DNA of 61,881 nt, filler included, from Piptocephalis cylindrospora (GCA_003614145.1; 22 parts of 22 records of this genome joined end to end with filler, not necessarily neighbours in it), one strand, 5' to 3'. Positions 25,585 to 38,226 are shown, counted from the whole stretch's first letter. The notes: generated from the letters alone by a model not told the origin. A program made the numbers and translations.

Positions 25585-28312
25585 GGTCCCTTTGATTAGA
25601 GATGCTTCATCCTGATGAATGGTGGTATAGGAGGCGATGAGGCAAGCCATGAAGCCACATGCATACACATCGAACTGGCCATCCATGGGCAAGAGTCTAG
25701 GGAGATCTTGAAGGACCCTCTCCAAACGAACTGTCCAGGGGTATTGTGACTCTTTCTTCGTCATCAAAGGCTGCGCTCCAACCCATAGATAGATACGGCA
25801 ATCGATGGGTAACTTAGGACCCAAAAGATCCTCGATAGCCCGAATGAATGGAGCACCCTCTTTGAAAATGGGCGGATCATCGTTTGCGTCCGTAGTTACG
25901 TCGCCTTCCTCAGGCGGACACTCTCTGGCAATGCCTCGAAAATCCTGTCGTCTCCACAATCCCTCCATGATCGCCTCCATCATAACTGATTCATCTGAGG
26001 TATCATGATGCATCATCCAGGACCCTTTCGACCGACCAAAGAGCCCAAAGGGAACGAGCCAGCCGGTCTTATCTTTCCATTCTTCCATGAACTTTCCAAG
26101 TCTGGCTCCACGCATCAAATCCCAGCCAGCTTCGATGGGCTTTCGGCACTCAGGGTAACACACCTCACCTATCCGCCTTGCTAACCTCCACTCCAGTTGA
26201 AGCAGCATGTCTTTTGATCCTCTTTGATTCTCCTTTTCCTTTCTGGCCCTAAGCCATCCGGCGAGGCGAATGATCGATTTGATGGTAGTGAATCGGTTGT
26301 CTCGTTTTCTCAGAGACTGAATAAGAATAAGAATGCTCATCACAGGGTCCACCCCGTTTTCTTCGGATCCTTTCAGTAGCTTTTGAGGGATGGCGGCACA
26401 CACCCGTCCGACAGCTTGGTTTTCGCTGGTCAAAACCCTCCCCAAGGTTAATCGGACCAGTAAGCTTGATCCATTCTGCATCTCCGAGTCAGGCCCTGGG
26501 AGAGCCTCTGCTTCACCTTCCCATAAAAGGGTACTGACCTCCTCCTCCCCCCACGCTGGCCCAATCTTCAGGCCAAGTTAAAGCGCATGAGGCCATGAGT
26601 TTTCCGTAATGCGTTAAATGTGATACCGTATGGAGGAATGGCCTCATCTCTACAAGCCAAACAAGATAAGGCTCTACCTGCACTTTAATCTGCGTGTCGC
26701 CTCCAGTACCTCGAGCTCGAGCGACCAGATGCAGGAGGAGGAGAAGGAGGGCATCAAGACGGTGAGGATTCAATTCGGAAAGATAGTCCGCCGGTCTTAG
26801 TTTCTCTAGAAGCGGTAGAAGGTCTTGCGTGGTAAGAGGAGAATGGGAGGAGAGAAGACCGAGGGAGGAGAAAAGGTGGCCAAGGCGCTTATCCTCGCCT
26901 ATTTCCTCAAGTAGGAAAAGGTGATGTACGAGGGATGAAGGAGAAATAAGGCCACGTTGGCCCATGTAACCGTACATTTTCTCGAGTGACATCACCTCTT
27001 CTCCCGAAAGAGCTGGCCTTCCTCGACCAGACAAAGCTGTGTGATTCTTCCTTCTCACGGGCATTACATCGTCTTCCTGAGTATCGAGCATAACATCTCG
27101 GAAGCCTCCTGATCTAATCTCCAGGGCCTCCTCTTGACTCAGTTGCTTTTCCCTGATGGCGTGAGACGTTATTTCTAGATGATCCTGAAAGTAGGCGAGG
27201 CACCAGGCACGTAGTCCTTCATCCAATTCTTCTGCTCCATCCGGAAGAATAGATTGATCCCAGCCATACATATCCCCAAATACACGTTGACATCCCCGGG
27301 TAATAGCATCTTGCTTTTGGGTTGAGGGTGAATAGTCCTTGATCAGAACTTGGATTCGTTCCTTGACACTAGATGAGAAAGCGATCCTGGGAAGGGTGAG
27401 TAGAAGAAGGATAAGGGGAAAGAGTGTATCATTCCCCCCTTCCCCTTGATCCGAGGACGTATCATCACCCGAGTCATCCAAGTCTTCTTCAGTTCCCTCC
27501 GTATCCTCTCGCAGAGCCCACCCCATATGAGCATCCAAATTCTGGGAGGAACGGGACAACAGGCCCTCTACGGCTTGAATCAAGGAAAGGATCAGTCGTT
27601 CACACCGGAGGGTTTCCTTTATGGACGGAATACTTATAGTGGTGGTTGATTTATCGGCCTTGGAAAGACCCGTCCCCTGCCCCGTTTTTAGAAGGCGTAG
27701 GAGCGGGATAAGGTCTCGTACGGCCGAATCTTCCCTTTCCTCGCCATCGCCATCGCCATCAGGTGTGACTAAAAGGGCAGAGCCATGCCAAAGAAGCCAG
27801 AGGATCGGATAGAGGACGATGCCTTCAAGGGCAAACCCTTCGATCAAGCCTTTCAAAAGTCCATCCATCTCCCTCTTCATTGTTCCAACACTGAGACCCC
27901 CATGCCTCCACCGCTTTCCCATGAGAGAAAGACCAAGGGGATGCAGAAAGGCCTGAGGGATCCTTGGGCCAGACGGGATCACTTCCCCGGCCCAAAAAGC
28001 GCTCTCGACGCCCTCTTCCTCCCGAGTCACCACCTCATGCGTGTACATGGCGCCGAGGAGAGAAAGGGCGGAGGGGAGAGTGGAAGGATACCTGGTCATC
28101 TGGAGAGCCACTTCCCTGGGAGCCTCCCATCCAGAGAGGGGGATACGGGCTTGGGTAGCCTTACGTAGAAGCATGGCCAAGGCAAGGAGAGACCAGGAGA
28201 CCGTGGTCATTCCCTGTCCATGTAAACGATGCTGAATGGTCCGATAAAGAAGAGGAAGGAGGGTGAGGTCCTCGCCATTTACCAAGGCTACTTTGGGAGG
28301 TTGAGGAGTTTG
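25585..28312 (-). CDS. Large uncharacterised leucine-rich helical protein (partial at both ends)
   Basis: ORFs of 590 and 314 aa can be joined in phase by a short GT-AG intron (26538-26496). No family motif recognised. Confidence 0.65.
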
Positions 28313-28849
28313 NNNNNNNNNNNNNNNNNNNNNNNNNNNNNNNNNNNNNNNNNNNNTTAATTAATTAANNNNNNNNNNNNNNNNNNNNNNNNNNNNNNNN
28401 NNNNNNNNNNNNTGGTCTCTTTTCCCCAATACAACGGGCTTTCTCTATGTGATGCTTTAGTGGCGGGTTTTAGTAACAATAATTACCATCATTCGCATAC
28501 GTCAAGGGTGCATTTGGTTGATCTGATTCACCTTGCATCCATGTTTCCTCAGGACCGGAGATTTGCTCACAGCTGGGACGGAGATCGAGGGAGATTTAGA
28601 GAATGTGTAGCAGTAATGTCTCGTCTGGGCTGCTGTCCTCCAGACAATCCACATGAGAGCAGATAGACACATAACGCGTACACCGACTCCCACATTCACT
28701 TGGGGCATTAGGCACAGGGAATGATGCTTTCTTTGTTGATATCGTCCACCCTATCTCCCCTGTCCTAGGATAATACGGGCCTGGTGAAACACACTTGGCC
28801 TTCCTCCAGCACGACGTGCTGTTTCTTCCCTTCTTCCTCTACAGAAAGC

Positions 28850-30556
28850 ATGTCTTTGCCCTTTAGAGTTCATTTTAAGGTGCCGACTAGACGCGATTGG
28901 CTTGACTGGACTAGACAGCAGGATCCAGTCAGGATGGGTACGGTGGTGGTATGCTCCCTCTTCCTCCTGGTTTGTTTCCTGGGGTTGACCCGTAATCAAG
29001 GGAGGCTGTCCTTGGACCCACGGTATGCCCCGCCCTCCCCCTTCCGTCCACACACACAGCTTGTATACACCTGTCCGACGGAACGACAAGATAGAACGAC
29101 GTGCCGAGCACTGTCAGCCGGGGTACATCGGGCCAACACGACCACTCTTCATCCCTGGGTGCGTCTCCCCCTTGGTCTATCCGCCATGGTGAGCTGGGAA
29201 GGTTCAAAGGACCATGGGGTCTACACGAAACTTGGAGTGCATCACATTCTCCCCGAGGGCGTTGCCAGGGAAGATCTGTCCTCCATCATGGTGCAAGGTA
29301 CGTATCTGGGGCTGGAAGTCTTACTTTATGGTCTCCACTCATCCTGAAGCATGGTCATTAGAATCTATACTGATCGCATTGGATCAAATGAAGCAGTGTT
29401 CTGATGCACCAGGTAAGTGCACTCTGCGTCGGGGGCACGGGGAAAAGAGGGGTCTTACTCAATACGATCTGCGGTAGAGGACGAGGGATGTCAGGATGAT
29501 TTGACCTATATCTGGAGGGGGGAGGGACGGTTCCCGAAGGAGTCGGTGACGCTGGCCACGCAATTTTCGGTGAATCGTCTGGAGCGTTTCGAGCGATCCA
29601 TACCCCTGTGGCCGGGAGCCATCTCGGTGGCCATCTACCTGACACAGCCTGAGGATGCGATGATCCTCCGACGCTACCTGGAGGATCCCGTCAAGGGAAA
29701 GCTCTACCGAGCCTTTCACCTCACTATTGTGCAACCCAGGTACGAGAGTGGACCCAGACCAAAGCACCTCTCCTACCCCATTAATCATCTGAGGAATCTG
29801 GCAGTCCAGGCAGTGACCACTACACATCATCTCCTGATTGACGGGGATTTTTCCCCTGACCCCGGCATGTACTCATTCCTTCATTCCCAGGGCATGGGGA
29901 AGGGTCGGGGGCCCACTCTAGACCCCTCCTTCCTGGACCCGACGGAGAGGAACACGGCGTGGGTGATTCCGTGTGTGGCCATCCCACTGTCCTACACTGG
30001 GGCGCCCCCGGGGAATGTCACCCATCTCAGGGAGCTCTTCCGGGGGGGCAATGCCTACATCACCGATCCTAGGGCGGGCCATGGTCCCACGGGCACTCGA
30101 CTCTTCCTCTCCCCGCTTCTGACCATGGGCTCGATGCGTGGGACCTATGAGGTGTGCTATGAGTCCCAATGGGAGCCTTACTACATCCTTCCACGGGACA
30201 CAGGTCCATTGTGGGATGCACGATTCCGGGATCAAGGGGGGGATAAGCAGGAGCATGCCCTGGTCCTCAATGCATTGGGCTGGCGTTTTCGTGTCCTGCA
30301 CGATTCCTTCCTCTATCACATTGACCATCCCCAGTGGCGATGGCCCGGGGGCAAGGACCCCAACCTGGAGGGACATGACCAGGACGAGGAAAAGAGAGAA
30401 GTGGAGGGGGAGGGCAAGGAAGAATGGTCGTACTTTAACGGGTTTAGCCAGGAGATTCGTCGGGTGTTTGGAGAGACGGTCAAGTGGCCTCGGGCATGCT
30501 CTCAGCCTTTGTATGTCTCTTCTCAGGTATCGGTTGAAGGGATTGGCCTACTTTAG
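28850..30556 (+). CDS. Glycosyltransferase family 49 (LARGE/B4GAT1-like), type II membrane protein (exons 28850-29297, 29350-29412, 29478-30556)
   Basis: VTLATQFSVNRL, WPGAISVAIY, YPINHLRNLA, DxD motif LLIDGDF, WEPYY and DARF...DK. N-terminal TM helix VVVCSLFLLVCFLGL. Two phase-1 introns. Confidence 0.88.
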
Positions 30557-30901
30557 ACTGTGTCCTTTCCAGGGGACGGGCATCCCCGCCCTCTTGGTCC
30601 ATGACCGTGTCATGGTAGCCTGCACTATGGTCTTTTCTGGACACGATGGGTTGGCGTGGAGGACGTGTTTACCCGAATGTATGAATAATAATAATAATAA
30701 TAAGGCGTAATAAGGCGCAATCCTAATCATCATCCAACCCTCCTTTCTCTCCATGTCTCTCCTCCCCCTTACATGAGCATCTTACCGAACTGCAAGCATG
30801 TCTGATCTTGTACACACTAGTAGTCTGTCCTGATATTACATCGTCTTCTGTCCCTCAGAGCAGCGCTATCCCACCCCCCCCCCCCCCCCCCCCCCTCCAT
30901 C

Positions 30902-31136
30902 ATGGCCCAGGAATTGGGACCCTCTTCCCCACCAAAGGACTTTTATTCGGTCGTGCAACAGGTGAAAAAGGTAAAGGATACCGACTCCTCCCCGCCTCTT
31001 TCCGACACTCTCCCCACTGGTCAGGAGAGCGACGATGTGGAGATTACTCGGCCTCCCCGGTATCTCTCAGCCTATCCTCCTGAGGCCTCCCCGACCATCC
31101 AGCCCAGTCAGCCATCTGCCTCTACCGAGCATCTCC
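30902..31136 (+). CDS. 5' fragment of an unknown protein
   Basis: ATG in CATGGC context after a poly-C leader, open to the contig end. Low complexity, no motif. Confidence 0.4.
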
Positions 31137-31290
31137 NNNNNNNNNNNNNNNNNNNNNNNNNNNNNNNNNNNNNNNNNNNNTTAATTAATTAANNNNNNNN
31201 NNNNNNNNNNNNNNNNNNNNNNNNNNNNNNNNNNNNTTCCATCGAGATGGGAGCAAGGAGCGAATGTGAGGAAGAACTGAGAGCCATTGG

Positions 31291-32706
31291 TACCCTTTCC
31301 CCGGTTGGCCTCCTTTTGCCTTTTACCGCTCTCTCTCCATCCTCAACATGGCCTCTACCACCACGACTCGACTGGCCTATCGTCTGTCCGATCTACGGGG
31401 AGGAGATCAGGTCATGGCCGCCATGCTTTTCCTCGCCGTCGAAACCATCATCTTCCTCGCCTTGGCCTACTACCTGGGCCAGGTGGTCCCTGGGGAGTAT
31501 GGAGTCCAGAGACCCTGGTACTTTCCCTTCAAGGCCCTCGTTGATCGTTTTAGCCGCAAAAAGATCCGCCCGGAGGACCTGGAGGGTTCCACTCGAAATG
31601 TCACCGATTTTAATGTAGGGGCCATGGCCTCCGAGGAGGAGCTTCAGTTTGAGGATGACGATGTACGGGAGGAACGACAAAGGATCCTCTCTGGAAATTA
31701 TCCTCATGATGCCCCCTTGGTTCTGAAGAATATGCGTAAGGTTTATCCGAATGGCAAGCTCTCTGTCAAGGATGTCACTTTGGCCACGGAAAAGAGTCAG
31801 ATCTTTGGGCTGCTCGGGCCCAATGGTGCCGGCAAGACCTCGCTGATCAGCATGCTCACCGGCCTCTACCCTTCCACTGGGGGCGAGGCCAGGGTCAGTG
31901 GATACGATCTTCGTACCCAACTTTCCTCCATCTTCCTTACCATGGGCGTCTGCCCACAGCATGATATTCTCTGGGGAGATCTAACTGTTGAGGAACATCT
32001 CTACTTTTACGCCCGTCTCAAGGGTATTCCCGTTCGGGAGGAGCGGGCTCAGGTGGACCGGGCTATCTCCCGTGTGTCTCTCACCAAATTTGCTCGTAGG
32101 CTCAGTCGAGGCCTTAGTGGAGGGGAGAAGCGTCGACTCTCCATTGCCATCAGTCTTATGGGCGACCCTGGAGTCGTCTTCTTGGATGAGCCCACCACAG
32201 GACTGGATCCCGAGGTCAAGAGGATCATTTGGGACATTGTCCAGGACGCCCGTCAGGGCCGTACCATCATCCTCACCACCCATTCCATGGAGGAGGCCGA
32301 AGTTCTTTGCCAGCGGATTGCCATCATGGCCAAGGGGACCCTGAGATGCATTGGTTCCCAGCTCCGACTCAAGCAGGTCTACGGCAATGGTTTCCGCCTC
32401 ACCGTTTCCGCCACCAAACCTTCCGAGCTAGGTCGGGCCATGGGCTTCATCGAATCTATCCTTCCTCCGGGTCGCCATCAACGTTTGGATACCTTTGTCT
32501 CTACGGTCTCCTACGAATTCCAGCTCCCCTCTGAGACACCCTCCTCCGGGTCCAATGAGGGAGAGTATACGCTATCCCGACTATTCGAGCGTCTGGAGCA
32601 GGAGGGGAAGGAGATCAATGGGGTGGAAGATTGGGGCCTGAGTCAGGTGAGTTTGGAAGAAGTGTTTCTCAAAATCATCCGGGAGGACGATGCAGATGCC
32701 GAGTAG
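31291..32706 (+). CDS. ABCA-subfamily transporter, C-terminal part (5' truncated)
   Basis: WPPFAFYR, YYLGQVVPGEYGVQRPWYFPF, FGLLGPNGAGKTS, GVCPQHDILW, LSGGEKRRLS, FLDEPTTGLDP, LTTHSMEEAE and SLEEVFL are ABCA hallmarks. Confidence 0.93.
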   Translation, partial: YPFPGWPPFAFYRSLSILNMASTTTTRLAYRLSDLRGGDQVMAAMLFLAVETIIFLALAYYLGQVVPGEYGVQRPWYFPFKALVDRFSRKKIRPEDLEGSTRNVTDFNVGAMASEEELQFEDDDVREERQRILSGNYPHDAPLVLKNMRKVYPNGKLSVKDVTLATEKSQIFGLLGPNGAGKTSLISMLTGLYPSTGGEARVSGYDLRTQLSSIFLTMGVCPQHDILWGDLTVEEHLYFYARLKGIPVREERAQVDRAISRVSLTKFARRLSRGLSGGEKRRLSIAISLMGDPGVVFLDEPTTGLDPEVKRIIWDIVQDARQGRTIILTTHSMEEAEVLCQRIAIMAKGTLRCIGSQLRLKQVYGNGFRLTVSATKPSELGRAMGFIESILPPGRHQRLDTFVSTVSYEFQLPSETPSSGSNEGEYTLSRLFERLEQEGKEINGVEDWGLSQVSLEEVFLKIIREDDADAE

Positions 32707-32971
32707 AGTGAAATTGGGTGTTTGATACAAGTGATAATAATAATAATGATAAATAATAGTACATCTATTTTTATTATTTTAGCTAAATACTTTATATTAT
32801 TACTTGTCTTCCGGGTGTCATAAATCATGTAGCAGTAAACTGCCCACTGTGCAGCATCCTCCTCCAAGCACAACTATAGGTTCATCACACCCAAGACAAT
32901 AAAAATAGTCAACGGTTTCGCACCCCATCTTCCTTCCTCCAATCGCACTATACATCTTCACTCAACGCAAT

Positions 32972-33955
32972 ATGGGAAAGTGGACAGATAAACTCTACAT
33001 TACCCACTCGGAATGGTCTAATTCTTACGGAGGGATGAAACTAGGAGGGAAGGGCAATGATCCGGGAAGTCGGGAGCAAAAGGAAACGGCCTTGCCCTTT
33101 TCCCATTGCGCTCTTTCCTTAAGGCCTTTCAAAGATCCGGTGTGTAGTCCGGATGGTGTAGTCTTTGACCGAGAGGTCATTGAAGCTTACCTCAAGGGAG
33201 GAAAACGAAAGAACCCCATCACAGGCACTGCCTTGACCCGAGAAGATCTTATCCCTCTTCACTACCACCGAAATGGTCTGGGCGAATATCACTGTCCCGT
33301 AACTCTAAAGGTGTTCACGGACCAAAGTGAGATTCTGGCTAATCGTCGTACTGGCCAGGTATTTTCGGCCGACGCCGTGATCCAGCTGGGAGCCGCCAAG
33401 GATCCGGTGACTGATGAACCCATCCCCTCAGAAGATCTCTTGACCCTGAGGGGTCCTGGCGGACAAGTGCGAAGGATGACTGGGGATCTGAAGGTCCCGG
33501 CTAAGGGAGGAAGTATCCGTATGAGCGGCACCATGAAGCGAGTTATGGCCGCCCTGGATGAAAAGGATAGGGCATCCTCCTCGACTGATGGAACAAGTTC
33601 CATTAATCTTGGTACGTCAAGGAAGGCCACTACCTCTTCCTCTTCCAGCCCATACCATCTTGCCACCCGGACCACCGGGAAGGTAGCCGCATCCATGACG
33701 TCCACAGCCATGGATATTCATACTCAGAGTGAACGAGAACCCATTGAGCAGGACCGGTGGATGTATCGTCATATCCGCAAGGGCGGCTCAGTTCGTCTGG
33801 TCACCAATCATGGAGACATCACCTTGGAACTCTTTTGCGATCAGGTAGGTCATGAATCTTTCTTCTTGTTTATCAAACACATAGTAATATCGTATCCACT
33901 TATCTTTTCTTTTGGGAATGAATGGGCAGGAACCTCGAGCATGTCATAACTTTCT
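32972..33955 (+). CDS. PPIL2: Peptidyl-prolyl isomerase-like 2 (U-box/RING + cyclophilin), 3' truncated
   Basis: MGKWTDKLYITHSEWS N-terminus, LPFSHCALSLRPF, YHCPVTLKVFT, then the cyclophilin start VRLVTNHGDITLELFCDQ|intron 33845-33929|EPRACHNF. Confidence 0.9.
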
Positions 33956-34589
33956 NNNNNNNNNNNNNNNNNNNNNNNNNNNNNNNNNNNNNNNNNNNNT
34001 TAATTAATTAANNNNNNNNNNNNNNNNNNNNNNNNNNNNNNNNNNNNNNNNNNNNATAATATATAGGGTATCTGGCAAAGGCCATGCGTCTAAACGCCCC
34101 AAAACTACACTTTGGTTGAGTGCAGATTTATCGTTTCGATAGGTATTTGAGTCAAGAATATTTGATTTCCGGTACTATTCATTTACATATCCATAGTTAA
34201 TAGCCAGATGGCTATCTAATGGTATATACCATGTGGCCTGTGCGTGGACCACCTATTCTGAGGATTAGCCAAGTTCCTAAATTAAAGTTACCTCCTAATT
34301 TTATGTCCTGAGGACTTACATTGGAGCAGACCTATTATACCCCATGGGAGGTTCTGTGTAACAAGGCAACAAAAGAAGAGGGAAAAGATTTGATGTCTAT
34401 TTTTAAGTCTGAGGGAAAGAGGACGAAAGGCTCTCCTTTTATAGACGCGGGAGGCGAGAAGAAGGGAGAAAAGAGAAGAAAAGGAAGGCATGGGAATTTT
34501 CCCATACTCCTAAGAGTTTTCCCATGCGTGTGAGGATCCCAAGGGATGATGCTAACCGCCATTGGCTACTGTAATAATAATTTTCATTA

Positions 34590-34966
34590 TTACACTCTGC
34601 TTCTTCTACGACTATTTATCCCAGGGGGTAGGTACACCACAATTACCACCAATACCTCCTTTTTGAACCTGAAAAGTGCCTTAGCCGCTACCCCTTTATA
34701 TTCTTCCCACTTTTGGAGGTGGCGGCCCATCTGAGGATAGATCACCATGCCTACCCCCAGATGCCTGTTCTTGTCATCCACCCCATTTAGCCTCGCCCTT
34801 GCTCCCGACCAGTGCGCCTGGATTGCATCTTCCACCCTTCCCGCCTCCTCTTTTTTTACCCAGATTTCCTGTAGTAGTACTATGCAATAGAAGATATTAG
34901 AGATGTTAGTAACTTTTGTTTTTCAGGGAGTCAGTAAGCGGGAGTTCACGGATCCCCAACGTAATA
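34590..34966 (-). mobile_element. Decayed non-LTR (LINE-like) retrotransposon, AP-endonuclease remnant
   Basis: One frame reads LRWGSVNSRLL*...IVLLQEIW...GVGMVI...LVVIVVYLPP*, the ordered APE motifs (S/T-x-N-x-R, LQE, GV, VYxP) with in-frame stops. The AT-rich, stop-riddled flanks 34056-35750 are probably part of the same element. Confidence 0.7.
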
Positions 34967-35756
34967 CGTTGTTGTTGATGGGTATGTAGAGGGGTAGGAT
35001 ATGGGGAAGGAGGACATAGGTATTGACTCCACTGTGTCGAGAATGCGGTCCTGCTTCATTGTGGGCACCTTTTTATCTCTTTCCTCCTTCGCGGAGGAAT
35101 TAATTTCCATGCTTCTTCCTCATCTCCGCTGGTAATGTCGATTCCCTTTAACCCACCTTATCTCCCCATAATCTCTCTCCGTGTTCTCTTTTACATTGCT
35201 TCCTGCTCCGTCCCTTCCTTATTTCTCAATTTCTACCTTTTCCTTTCCAATTTAAACACACTCTATTGATGTTGCCCACTAGTTTAAATATTTTCCATCA
35301 TCATCCTCAAAGGGGGCCTCGTGGGAGGTGGGCTCGTTGAGCCTTGTATAGGGGCGCTTTAATAATATGTAGACTAGACTACTTCATATTTTCCTTCCTA
35401 AGTGCTTCTCTTTCAATTTACCAATGTAATCCTTTCTTTCCTCCATCAGGGCCATGTTGGCCGTCTTCTCTTTATAAAGTCTACTCTCTTTTTATATCCT
35501 CTCTTTTATCCCTCTCTTCTCTAGGAGCACTTCATACTTCTATATTTTATGAGCCTCGGTTTTCTCCTTTGATTTACTCCACTATTTCTGTTCCCCTGAA
35601 ACTTCCAATGGGAGTATTTCTTCTCATTTCCACCACTTTCTCCGCCCTCTCATCCAGTGCCATTAAATCCATGGTGTTGCTTTCCGCTTTCCTAGGCTTT
35701 ACTCTTTCATTCACGCGGTTTTCTTCCCCATCAGCTTTCTCATTATGAGACCGTGA

Positions 35757-36774
35757 GGGACATTCCGGATCAAATTTAGTATAAGGGACACCTCAATATC
35801 ACGTGACTACTAAGCTCCTATTGGCTGATATTTACAATCCGCATCTGCAGTGTGTCCACCTACCATTGGACACAGTGCCGCTGAGATACCTAATCTCCCA
35901 CGAAAACATACCTCAAAAGCCTTTAAAATCACCACCCGCCATCCTAAGCCTTAACTTTATACCTTCATATGCCTAAGTACCCTAGACGCTAGCCTTCCAA
36001 AACAGCACCCAGACACACGTAAAGACCGCTAAACCCTATTGTATTGCACCATCACTCGAAATATCCCGTCTCTCGGAGGCATCCCAACAAAGCCTCCCAC
36101 AGGTCCTCACTGTTCTGGCGACCCCAGATGAACTCCTGAAGGTGGTATTCCATCTCACCCTCAGCCCTATTCCTCGGGAATCCTAATGTACCCACGCCAG
36201 AGGTCCGTGTAGACAATAGAACCAGGGAGGACGTGGCGCCTGATCACGTCTAGGAGGCTCTCGGCGGTCCTATCCTGCACGGTCTCGAGAAAAGCGCGTC
36301 TCTCGCTTGATCTCTCAACTCCACCAACAACCCAAACACCCTCGACACAATGCCCCTTGTTATACTTCCTCTTGCCAAACTTGGATTCGTCAATCTCCAC
36401 CACTACACCCTCGCCCCCCACCATAACGTCAGTAAATTGGACATTATCGGCCACTAACTTACGAAAATGGCCAAGGTATGCCGAGACGGTGCTTGTAGAA
36501 TGTCCAGTGTACTGGACAATCCCCGAGGAAGGCATTCTCAGCAGCCAAAGGTAGGCAATTTGCATCACCTTGTTGACTGGAAGTTTGCCCTTGGCGAAGA
36601 AAGAGTCCTTAAACAGGGAAATCTTCCTCCGACAGGCCTTCCTCCGACAGGTATAGCGTTTGCCATATCTTACGGTTGGTCCCTCGCAAGAAGGGCAGGG
36701 AGGATGATCATAGAGGATACCATGCTCAAGAAGGAAGAGGATGCACACTTCCTCAGAGGAAAAAAGGTTGGAAA
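35757..36774 (-). mobile_element. Merlin (IS1595/ISXO2-like) DNA transposon, defective, 5' end cut by contig end
   Basis: Zn ribbon CPSC...C...C, SLFKDSFF, GGEGVVVEIDESKFGKRKYNKGH, WVVGGVER, DRTAESLLDVIRRHVLPGSIVYTDLWRGY. C-terminal PRNR...HLQEFIW...DLWEALL lies in another frame ending at 36052. Candidate terminus GGGAC at 35757. Confidence 0.9.
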
Positions 36775-38226
36775 NNNNNNNNNNNNNNNNNNNNNNNNNN
36801 NNNNNNNNNNNNNNNNNNTTAATTAATTAANNNNNNNNNNNNNNNNNNNNNNNNNNNNNNNNNNNNNNNNNNNNCTATCCCTTCCTCGCTATGGCCGCCC
36901 TGATTCCCTTGGGGGATGGGTATGGGAACCGCTCACCAGTAACCGGTAGGGAGATATCAGGGCTGGGCATTTGAAAAACACCAATGGGGAAGAAAGGGCG
37001 TTAGTGTGGTAAGATTGGTTCTTTCCCTCCTGTGAGGGGAGAAGACAAGGGGTATCGGAGATGGATGAGAAGCCCGACATGAGCGACTTGACATAGTTGC
37101 ATCAGAATGGCTCAATCATCTTTTAGCTGCAGAGAAGTATCATGAAGGGCGTAATTCATGGCCTGGCGGCCTTTCTGAGTTTGGTGACCTTTTATTCTTT
37201 GACGGATGTGTTTGATAGACTAAAAAAAGCATTTAAGATACGGTTCGTTAGTCCTTTTAAGGTTTGGATGATTCAGTGAGAGAGGAGGCTGTTTGGTGAT
37301 GATGATGAAACCATTTTATTTTCCCCAGTGGGGTAGGCGAATGGGCATTCGAACACAGTGGGCTGTTTGGCTTAATGGCCATCATAGCCTCCTAGATAGG
37401 GCTATTCTGTCAGTGGCTATAAAAAGTTAGTGCTAACCGTATCGTCCTTTGGGCAAATGCTTATGGGATGATAGGCGGATCATGGGAAATTCTTAGGATG
37501 TCCTCCGTTTACTTCATCTTCTTGTTCCTTATTTGAGTCAAGGTAAGAACTTCATCGATGAGCAGCCAGGCAAAAGAGAGATTGCTTGATATTTCGCTAT
37601 ATGCACGGATGGTTATACAATTTCATGGCTCTTAGGGAGATACTAGTAATAAGAATGATATGTCCATAAAAAACTACACTTAGGTCATAGCGATTAAAGT
37701 TCATAACAGACTGCACCAGCAAAACGTAGATAATCCTCTTTGGATATCAAACCAACGATCAATAATTTCCACGGTGATTAGTCTGTGAGGGGCTATGGTT
37801 GTTTGACCTTTCTCGGCATTCTTCTTCCGAGATGGCACGTGAAGATGCGCCTTTAACCCGATGCTGGCCACTCCCCCATTAGAAGGTGGCCTTCATCAGG
37901 ACTCCACATATGCGCGTGATTCTACCAGCCTCCACACTTCCACTTGCTCCACACACACATGCCATGGCGGGCTTGTTGGTCTATACTCAAGGGCAGACCC
38001 GTGGCGTCATCCCTCTCCATCACTCACATTCCCACCAACTCCTGCGGACCTGGTGATTTCTTTAACTGTGGGGTATAAAGGATGGTCTGATGCCATTCCA
38101 TTCACCCATTTTCACTCATTCCGCTCTTCGTTCTTTCATCCCCTTTCCTCATCTTCTCTCTACTGTGAATCTCTATCACTTTCCTCTCATACCCTTCCCA
38201 TTCCCCTTTCCATTACCCATATCCAC

